This document shows positions 28,985 to 36,392 of a DNA stretch of 47,832 bases, one piece after another. Under the pieces are notes generated by a model. The model did no database searches. It saw only the letters and a program-made list of their open reading frames with translations, and was not told the DNA's origin. Position 1 is the first letter of the stretch. Every line of letters starts with the position of its first letter. Origin of the DNA: a virus (lineage: Duplodnaviria > Caudoviricetes); the IMG/VR virus record IMGVR_UViG_3300044558_000057, positions 1 through 47,832 of that record. One strand, given 5' to 3'. A program made the translations under genes and the position numbers.

Positions 28985-29058
28985 TGGCTGGAAAACACTG
29001 CCCGACTACAAAGAAAACCCGGGCATTCCTGCCCGGATTCCTTGCATGTGGCGATCTC

Positions 29059-31566
29059 TTATAACAGTTCATCCGTAATGATGATGTTTTTTATTACCCT
29101 CCTGTTACCGAGGCTGTCCTTGCCTCTTTCCGCTGAGGGAATCGCTTCCAGCAGTTGCTTGGTGAAGTTATTCTGCGCATATGCCTTCATACCGGCATCT
29201 TCACAGTATTTCTTGTACTTGTTGAACAGTTCCGTTGACGGCACCACGCTTCCGCTCTTTTCTTCCACGCAATCTGCGATAAACGAGAGCACTGAATCGC
29301 TGTCTTCCTTGTATCGTTGTAATTCCGCTTTGTTTTTCTCTGTTTCATCGAAATGGTATCCGTTGTCCATAAGGGCTCGGAGTCCCTCCAGCGCGAAACG
29401 GAATATCCCGTCCGCTTCGCCCCGAAACTTGTCCAGTAGATCCGGGTCCCTGTCCTTCTCGGGTACGGTATGGTTGAACCGGATGATAATGAGCCTCCGG
29501 TAGAAGCCCTCGGACTTGTCACCGTAATTCCTCGGTATGTTGTTGCACGAAAACAAGAGCCTTGCCGTGCACTGAAAAGAGAACGGGTCCTTGTTCTTCT
29601 TCTCCACGGTCAGGTAGTCCTCGCCGACCAGTGCCTTAAAAATGCCGTTGTCATCTATGTTCTTCGTCGGCAGGTCGGCAAAGATGTTTGCGAGCTTCCC
29701 GAAGAGCTCCGCAGGTTTAAACCTCTCATTCAGGGCCTGCCACGACACGTTGCTGACATTGGTCCCGCCAAGCAGGATCTCATTCAATACGTTCAGGAGG
29801 ACGGATTTCCCGGCGCCTGCTGCCCCTACGATGACAAAGCACTTCTGTGCCTTTGTAATCGGCACAAGGAAATACCCGAGCATCTCCTGCAGGAGCCTTA
29901 CTTGGGCCTCATCGCCCTCCATAGAGTCATACAGGAACTTCTTGAACAACGGACAGTCTGCTTCCGGGGCATACCGGACGTTCAGCTGGATCGTCGACAA
30001 AAGGTCAGGGGAATGGTCGTACAGTTTCCCCTCGAGCACGTTGTATACTCCGTTCTTAACGTTGATCATGAACGGGTTGGAATTGAGCTCCCTTATCTCC
30101 TTGCAAACCTGAAGACGCCACTGCTTCTCTGCATCCGTGATCTGTGAAAATCGGCACTCCTGAGCCAGCATCTTTTCCTGCACCATGCGTTGTGCTGTCA
30201 TCTCCGGGATCGGGACGTAGACGCCTTCTTCATAAAGGTAGTGCTGCTCAGCTGCATAGATCACCTTCTCATTTTTCGTCATGTCATCGGCCAGCACCTT
30301 CGGCATGAATTTAAGCCCTCGTTCCGTCGGCAGGTACCAAAGAGGCAGCTCGTCTGAAACCTTGTGCTGCCTGCTCTTCAGCCCGGAACGGTACTCCCTG
30401 TTTTTCATCTTGTAGGATGACAAGAGTGCCCGTACGTCTGTTGCGCTGAACTTGAAATGTTTCTTCAGGGTATCGTTGATCACTGCAGATGCTATTGTCA
30501 CATCTTGGTTATAGAGATACTCCTCAACGTATTTAGACGCTGTCTCCATATCCGCCAGAGGCATATTCGTGATAGGTAGCTCGGCAACCAAGGCTTCCAG
30601 TCCTTCAATACTGACTGGAAGGTAGCAGAGTGCCGCCGGGGCCTTGCACTTACACTCCCCGTTTTCCAGCCTCGGGCACTTGAATCCCTTCTCCGCGATA
30701 GTCTTGCAGGTAATCGGACGTGTCCCAGATTTCAGGAAATGATTGATCTTCTCAGTGGTCTCCGCTTCCGAATATTTTGGGTAATCATGGCTGAGGGCAT
30801 GGATCATATCAACGCCACCTTCAAAGCCGGCAAGGTTTGTGATCATGGCATACCAGTCATGCTCGGAAAGGGTCTTCGCATCAGACTTGCAGTGCTTCAG
30901 GAAATCACACTCATGCATGACAATGGACAGGCCCTTCTCTGAGCCTGTCATTTTCTCCGTCGGCTTGTCCTCCTCGATTTTCGGGAGAACAGCTGCAAGC
31001 TCATCTTGCGTGTACTTACGCTCCGGATGGAAAAGCACACAGGACACCATGACCGGATTCTGCTTGCAATGGTAAAACCCCGGCAGCCTCATAACTCTGG
31101 ATTCGTTCTGGCATTTGATGTCGCCGTCAAACTGCTTCACCAGTTGCTTCTGAATCGTCCGGAAACGGCTGACCTCGGGTTTGCCTTTCATGAACCAGTA
31201 TGTATGCAGGGACTTTGAAGTCTTTATGACCATTGATGGTGGTAAGGGAAATGCATCGATGCACTTTCCCATCTCCTCAAAGCTCAGCTCATCCGATTCC
31301 ACGAACTGGGCATTGATCCGGGTAATGTCCTCATCCTTCTGGCCGCCGTAGTTCACGACGAAAAAAATACCCCGATCCATCTTGTTGTGGTCGTGCAGGG
31401 CCTTCTCCATGGTCGTCGTGTATCTGGAGCAGGCGCACTCAAGTGAGAGGCCCTTAAACATCCCGCGCTTCTTGTCGTCGAAGATCCGGAAACATACGGT
31501 CTCATCCGCATTGAACAGTGCGTTCAGGACATCCTGAGCGGAAATATTAAGAGGAACCATTTCCAT
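29059..31566 (-). CDS. Primase-helicase (RepB-type primase + P4/D5-family SF3 helicase)
   Basis: FVESD, SLHTYW, RVMRLPGFYH; GAAGAGKS Walker A; FYRRLIIIRF. Confidence 0.93.
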   Translation of the reverse strand: MEMVPLNISAQDVLNALFNADETVCFRIFDDKKRGMFKGLSLECACSRYTTTMEKALHDHNKMDRGIFFVVNYGGQKDEDITRINAQFVESDELSFEEMGKCIDAFPLPPSMVIKTSKSLHTYWFMKGKPEVSRFRTIQKQLVKQFDGDIKCQNESRVMRLPGFYHCKQNPVMVSCVLFHPERKYTQDELAAVLPKIEEDKPTEKMTGSEKGLSIVMHECDFLKHCKSDAKTLSEHDWYAMITNLAGFEGGVDMIHALSHDYPKYSEAETTEKINHFLKSGTRPITCKTIAEKGFKCPRLENGECKCKAPAALCYLPVSIEGLEALVAELPITNMPLADMETASKYVEEYLYNQDVTIASAVINDTLKKHFKFSATDVRALLSSYKMKNREYRSGLKSRQHKVSDELPLWYLPTERGLKFMPKVLADDMTKNEKVIYAAEQHYLYEEGVYVPIPEMTAQRMVQEKMLAQECRFSQITDAEKQWRLQVCKEIRELNSNPFMINVKNGVYNVLEGKLYDHSPDLLSTIQLNVRYAPEADCPLFKKFLYDSMEGDEAQVRLLQEMLGYFLVPITKAQKCFVIVGAAGAGKSVLLNVLNEILLGGTNVSNVSWQALNERFKPAELFGKLANIFADLPTKNIDDNGIFKALVGEDYLTVEKKNKDPFSFQCTARLLFSCNNIPRNYGDKSEGFYRRLIIIRFNHTVPEKDRDPDLLDKFRGEADGIFRFALEGLRALMDNGYHFDETEKNKAELQRYKEDSDSVLSFIADCVEEKSGSVVPSTELFNKYKKYCEDAGMKAYAQNNFTKQLLEAIPSAERGKDSLGNRRVIKNIIITDELL

Positions 31567-31567
31567 T

Positions 31568-31999
31568 TCACTTCACCTCCCCGAATGTGCGCACGGTCTT
31601 TTTCAGGCGCTTTGCTTCATGGATTTCCTGCTTCATCCCGTCCGATACACCATTGGCCGTAAAAACCCAGACCTCGTCTGACAAGGCCAGCAGGGACAAT
31701 CCGAACATGAGCCCAAGTTCACGCTCCGCCGGGTCGGCGTCCTTGAGGATCCTCGGGTAAAGCAGGTGACTTGCAATCGGCATATATCCTTTTCCGATGA
31801 CAAAGCGGCAGTAACGTTTCGCGGATTCAATGTTGGCATCTACGTCTCCTGCGTAGGGCGAAACGACGTAGACCTTCTTCCTGTGCGTCATCTCATATTT
31901 CTTCCTGAATTTTGCTTTCTGCTTTTCCTTGTATTCCCTCATCACATTGTTCATTGCTGCTGTGGCGGTCGGGTCCATATAACCCTCGGAATTTCTCAT
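31568..31999 (-). CDS. DUF4406-like (nucleoside deoxyribosyltransferase-like fold) protein
   Basis: VYVVSPYAGD, PIASHLLYP, SDEVWVF...SDGMKQEI. Confidence 0.75.
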   Translation of the reverse strand: MRNSEGYMDPTATAAMNNVMREYKEKQKAKFRKKYEMTHRKKVYVVSPYAGDVDANIESAKRYCRFVIGKGYMPIASHLLYPRILKDADPAERELGLMFGLSLLALSDEVWVFTANGVSDGMKQEIHEAKRLKKTVRTFGEVK

Positions 32000-32046
32000 A
32001 GCGGGTTCCTCCCTTACGATTTTTTCAGGTGATCATCATGTCCACC

Positions 32047-32070
32047 TACTACAAGCCCGAAACAACAACC
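32047..32070 (-). promoter_or_regulatory. 24-bp phage motif, copy 4 of 7
   Basis: TACTACAAGCCCGAAACAACAACC. Confidence 0.75.
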
Positions 32071-32137
32071 GAATAATAGGTGAGCTAACAGGCCCGGTTT
32101 TCTGCTATATTGGATGGGGAGGAGGTGAACCGGAAGA

Positions 32138-34492
32138 ATGCCGAAAATTACTGTAATAAAAGGAATAAATGACTTGGCAAGCCAGTATCCGCTTGTCGCG
32201 GCAGAGTGGGACTATGAGAAAAACGGCGATATCCTCCCGTCAGACATACCGGCGCATACGAATAAGAAATATTGGTGGAAATGCAGTGTATGCGGGCATG
32301 AGTGGGAAACCAGCCCGAACAGCCGAAACAGGTCAAATTCCGGTATCCTGACCGGATGCCCGGTATGCGGAAGGAAGCGCACTGCTGCCGCGCAGCGCAA
32401 GAAAGCTCTGGCAGACAACCTGCTCAAGGCATATCCCGACATTGCAAAAGAATGGGACTATAAAAAGAATCAGAAAAGCCCGGATGAAGTTACCTCGCAC
32501 AGCGGAGATTACGCATGGTGGATCTGCCCGAAAGGTCACTCATACCATGCAAGGATCTCAAACCGCACTTCCCTGAATCGCGGTTGCCCATATTGCGCCG
32601 GGAAGAAAGTACTTCCCGGATTCAATGACCTGAAAAGCCAAAACCCGGATCTCGCGGCAGAGTGGGATTATGATCGAAACGGTGAATTGACGCCTGAGAA
32701 AGTCACTGCTGGCAGCCAGAAAATAGTCTGGTGGAAATGCTCCAAAGGCCATGAGTGGCAATCGAATGTTGCAAACCGCGCTGAAAGGGGCTGCCCGTAC
32801 TGTGCAAATAGAAAAGTCCTGAAGGGATTCAACGACATGCAGACTCTGCGTCCCGATATTGCCATTGACTGGGACTACGAAAAAAACGGCGATATCACCC
32901 CGTCCGATGTAATCCCCGGGAGCAATAAACAGTTCTGGTGGAAGTGCCATGTCTGCGGATACGAATGGAGGGCATCAGGTAACAATCGTACCAGTGGCCA
33001 TGGCTGTCCAAAATGCGGCGCGAAATCTGCCGCCTTGTCTAATAGGAAACGGAATCTAATCGCCGGGAAGACAGATTTAAGAACGGTCGCACCCGAACTA
33101 ATTGATGAATGGGATTATGAAAAAAACGGTGACTTAAAGCCTGAAGATTTCACTGCTGGAAGCAGGATAAAAATCTGGTGGAAATGCAAAAAATATGGAC
33201 ACAGCTGGCAGGCGCCGATTTATACAAGGGCCAAAGGAAGTGGCTGTCCATATTGTCATTCCCACACATCATACCCTGAGCAGGCAATTTACTACTATCT
33301 TTCACAAACATATCCGGATGCCGTCAATACAGATACCCATCTCGGCTTTGAGTTGGACATCTATGTCCCGAGCATTAAGGTTGCAGTCGAATATGACGGT
33401 GTCGCTTATCACGGCCACCGGGTGCAAAAAGAAATCCAAAAAAACTCATCATGCCGGGAAGCAGGAATCAGGTTGATTCGCGTTCGTGAAAACGGGCTGC
33501 CATCATTTGAAGACTGCGGCATTATATGGGTTAAGCCAACCCCTTCTGACAACGAACTGAATGCTGCTATCACATCCTTATTTGCACACATCGGTGGTAC
33601 AGCAAATATCGATGTTGCACGGGACCAGTTGGCTATCTTGGACACTTACCATCAATATGAAGTTAACCACTCGCTCAGCACCAAGTTCCCCGACATTGCT
33701 GATGAGTGGGACTACGAGAAAAACGGAACCCTCGCTCCTGAAATGTTCTCTTATGGGAGCATGCGCAAAGTTTGGTGGAAATGCTCCAAAGGCCACGAAT
33801 GGTATGATTCTATAAACAATCGCACAAGTGAACACACTCTTTGTCCTTACTGTTCCGGAAAACGTGCCATCCCCGGCGAGACGGATTTCGCTACGCTGTA
33901 CCCTGACCTGATGAAGGAATGGGATTTTGGGAAAAACGGTAAAGTCGACCCGCACAAAATCCTGCCGAAAATAAACAGGAAAGTCTGGTGGCGATGCTCC
34001 AAAGGCCATGAATGGCAGGCGTCGATCAACAGCAGGACCAACAGGGAATCGGGATGCCCCTATTGCTATGGCAGGTTCGCCATTCCCGGGGAGAACGACC
34101 TCGCGACGACAAACCCGGAGATCCTGAAGGAGTGGTCCCACAAAAACACGGACATCGAGCCGACGGAAATAAAAGCTGGCAGCGAGCGCAAAGTGTGGTG
34201 GCACTGCGCAAAGTGCGGCCACGATTACAAAGCGGCTCCGTATAACAGGATATACGGTCACACGGGGTGCCCGTATTGTGCGAACCAAGTACCTGAGTTC
34301 ACGAGGAAACAGCGTGAAGGGCAAGAGGTCACGTCAAAGTCCGGGCAGAAAATGAAAGTCCTGCGCTACCGGAAAGCCATAGATATCGACGTAGAGTTTG
34401 AGGATGGCACCATAGTCGAACATCGTAATTATTTCAATTTCCTGAAGGGCGCGATAAAGAACCCGAATTATCCCCCGAAGATAAAACAGTAA
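32138..34492 (+). CDS. Zinc-ribbon repeat protein (8 DUF4379-like repeats) with central PD-(D/E)XK-like nuclease domain
   Basis: Eight EWDxxKN...WWxC..GHxW...CPxC units; ELDIYVPSIKVAVEYDGVAYH; GGAGGAGG RBS; TGCTATATT extended -10 at 32103-32111. Confidence 0.88.
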   Translation: MPKITVIKGINDLASQYPLVAAEWDYEKNGDILPSDIPAHTNKKYWWKCSVCGHEWETSPNSRNRSNSGILTGCPVCGRKRTAAAQRKKALADNLLKAYPDIAKEWDYKKNQKSPDEVTSHSGDYAWWICPKGHSYHARISNRTSLNRGCPYCAGKKVLPGFNDLKSQNPDLAAEWDYDRNGELTPEKVTAGSQKIVWWKCSKGHEWQSNVANRAERGCPYCANRKVLKGFNDMQTLRPDIAIDWDYEKNGDITPSDVIPGSNKQFWWKCHVCGYEWRASGNNRTSGHGCPKCGAKSAALSNRKRNLIAGKTDLRTVAPELIDEWDYEKNGDLKPEDFTAGSRIKIWWKCKKYGHSWQAPIYTRAKGSGCPYCHSHTSYPEQAIYYYLSQTYPDAVNTDTHLGFELDIYVPSIKVAVEYDGVAYHGHRVQKEIQKNSSCREAGIRLIRVRENGLPSFEDCGIIWVKPTPSDNELNAAITSLFAHIGGTANIDVARDQLAILDTYHQYEVNHSLSTKFPDIADEWDYEKNGTLAPEMFSYGSMRKVWWKCSKGHEWYDSINNRTSEHTLCPYCSGKRAIPGETDFATLYPDLMKEWDFGKNGKVDPHKILPKINRKVWWRCSKGHEWQASINSRTNRESGCPYCYGRFAIPGENDLATTNPEILKEWSHKNTDIEPTEIKAGSERKVWWHCAKCGHDYKAAPYNRIYGHTGCPYCANQVPEFTRKQREGQEVTSKSGQKMKVLRYRKAIDIDVEFEDGTIVEHRNYFNFLKGAIKNPNYPPKIKQ

Positions 34493-34497
34493 AGATC

Positions 34498-34532
34498 AAG
34501 GGCCCTGCCGTTATGGCGAGACCCTTCTCTTT
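34498..34532. terminator. Hairpin between convergent cargo genes
   Basis: AAGGG..GCC-GTTAT-GGC..CCCTT then CTCTTT. Confidence 0.5.
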
Positions 34533-34551
34533 GTTTCCGATATTCAGTTTT

Positions 34552-34857
34552 TCATGCGACCTGAAGCGTCGTCAGGCCTTGGTTTGCGTCATCTGGCTGC
34601 ACGGCGTATACATGGATGTTGCAGAAGTTCGTCCGCACCATGTCCCGGAGTGCCGTACCATGGTGGTACCCATGAATGACCTTGATGCTTGCGGGCCCGC
34701 GCAGCAGGTTGATGACGTTTCCCAAAAGCCGCCTTGCCTCCCGGCAGGACAACCCATGGAGGTCAATGTAGACCGGGCCGCCCTGCACTCCCCAAATCCT
34801 GCGAAGCTCCGTATCCGTGAGGACCATCTCCAGACGCTCCTCTGCTGCCGGTGTCAT
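34552..34857 (-). CDS. Stand-alone Smr (small MutS-related) domain nuclease
   Basis: IDLHGL...A, VIHGYHHGTALR, NQGLT: diagnostic Smr motifs. Confidence 0.85.
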   Translation of the reverse strand: MTPAAEERLEMVLTDTELRRIWGVQGGPVYIDLHGLSCREARRLLGNVINLLRGPASIKVIHGYHHGTALRDMVRTNFCNIHVYAVQPDDANQGLTTLQVA

Positions 34858-35114
34858 ACAGGCTCCCCTGCCACTGCCGGGTCCGGATCCGGATCACCGC
34901 CGTCTTCTTCCTCTTCAGGGGCTTCATCCTCACTGCTGCGATGCGGCTTCATCTTGAACCTGCCGCCTTTTGCTGTGCGTGCATCCATTTCATAATCGTT
35001 GTCGGTAACCACGCTGGCAAGTCCAAGGGCCGCAATACAAACTATTGCCAGCTTGAGCCCGCCGCCTTTACCTGAAAAGATTCCTGCAAGTGCTGTAAAA
35101 ATACTTTCGTTCAT
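34854..35114 (-). CDS. Small protein with hydrophobic segment and acidic tail
   Basis: LAIVCIAALGLASVV; GAGGAG RBS; ATGA overlap with Smr gene. Confidence 0.65.
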   Translation of the reverse strand: MNESIFTALAGIFSGKGGGLKLAIVCIAALGLASVVTDNDYEMDARTAKGGRFKMKPHRSSEDEAPEEEEDGGDPDPDPAVAGEPV

Positions 35115-35126
35115 TATATGTGCTCC

Positions 35127-36191
35127 TCATCTGAACTGGTCGAGCCAGTTCTTATACTCTTTCATTGACATTTCGCCGTTCTGAATTGCCTGTTCTTTTT
35201 CAAAACGGCCGGTTACAAGTTTTTGCTTTTTTTCTTCATAATAATCTTTGGATTCAGGATGTCGCTTCATATTCATAAGGAGGCGGGACTGCGCCTTCCT
35301 GAACATATCATTCAGCTGGTCCTTCTTCCTCTTCTGCTCGCTTTTGATCTGCGGATAAACCTCGTGGCATGTCCTCTGATAGTTTTGCGGGGAAGGATAA
35401 TTACAGTAGATCGCATTCTTCCTTCTCGCCACAAAATATTTTCCGCACTCCGGGTTCTGGCACTGCTTGATCATGGTGCCACAGTCCTGCATATGGACAA
35501 ATTCGAATGCCAACAGGGCCCGCATGCTCTGTATTTCATAGACTGTGGAAAACTTCTTACTATCCCGGTCATACTGAATCTTGACCTGCAGGCCATCAAT
35601 ATGGTCGGATGTCTCCAGTTCCGTCAGGACCCGCTCATACTGCTCATCCTGTCCTTCAACCATTTTGTTGGTTTCCTTGGCTGCCGCAGCATAGAAGAAC
35701 AGCGTCCCGTCAAGAACATCAGCAAGATAATTGAAATAGCAGGCTTTCAGGTAGCCGCCCATGTCATCAAAATGAATAGTCCCCGGAATGAAGATCTGCC
35801 GCACATCATTATCATAGAGTTCATTATTCATCTTGGCCTCAAGCGCATCCACCTCTTGTTCATTACGATCAATGACCGTCCTGAACCGGTCGATTTCCCT
35901 GCAGAAGATTGCCTTAAGCATACATACCGTAAGCGGCATATCTTCCTCTATACTGCTGATTTTGTGTTCGACATCCGAAATTGCGAGATCAATATTATAT
36001 GGATCAACATCGTCTGCTATGCGGTTGTAGTGCGTGATAAATAACCGGGGCCATGAGCGGAGGATTTCTTCGCTGTCTCCCTGCAGGAGTTCGCACAAAA
36101 GCTCCCCCGCTTTATATGTCCTGTTCACATTCAAGTCGACGATGGTGTTCGTCCCGTTTTCATACCGGATTGTCAGTCCTTTGTAACTCAT
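35127..36191 (-). CDS. DUF6076/CGNR-type zinc-finger protein
   Basis: IKQCQNPECGKYFVARRKNAIYC...TC near C-terminus; GGAAAGGA RBS. Confidence 0.7.
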   Translation of the reverse strand: MSYKGLTIRYENGTNTIVDLNVNRTYKAGELLCELLQGDSEEILRSWPRLFITHYNRIADDVDPYNIDLAISDVEHKISSIEEDMPLTVCMLKAIFCREIDRFRTVIDRNEQEVDALEAKMNNELYDNDVRQIFIPGTIHFDDMGGYLKACYFNYLADVLDGTLFFYAAAAKETNKMVEGQDEQYERVLTELETSDHIDGLQVKIQYDRDSKKFSTVYEIQSMRALLAFEFVHMQDCGTMIKQCQNPECGKYFVARRKNAIYCNYPSPQNYQRTCHEVYPQIKSEQKRKKDQLNDMFRKAQSRLLMNMKRHPESKDYYEEKKQKLVTGRFEKEQAIQNGEMSMKEYKNWLDQFR

Positions 36192-36266
36192 CTGTCTTCC
36201 TTTCCGCTGCGGGGAAGCGCTTGATCAGGTTGTCTCCACGCAGCTCTTCGCTAACGTTGTACGGAA

Positions 36267-36295
36267 AGTATAGCAGCAAAAGCATTGTATCACAA
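36267..36295 (-). promoter_or_regulatory. SigA-type promoter for cargo operon
   Basis: TTGTGA-17 bp-TATACT with TG extended -10. Confidence 0.6.
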
Positions 36296-36392
36296 TCGTT
36301 CTTGGCCGATTCTGATAGCCACATTATTATAATCGTTTATTGATAAATTCGATTGCTAACACATTGACACAGTTTGGTCAGGACCCGCATTC

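Noticed and set aside
28610-28998. N-terminal extension of VRR-NUC and overlapping ORFs with VFGQA repeats
   Set aside because: Translations of the iteron array; the real start is 28609
29004-29020. Eighth copy of the 24-bp motif (GACTACAAAGAAAACC)
   Set aside because: Spacing and second box do not match
35223-36044. 273-aa plus-strand ORF
   Set aside because: Antisense to the zinc-finger gene, which has the promoter, RBS and motifs
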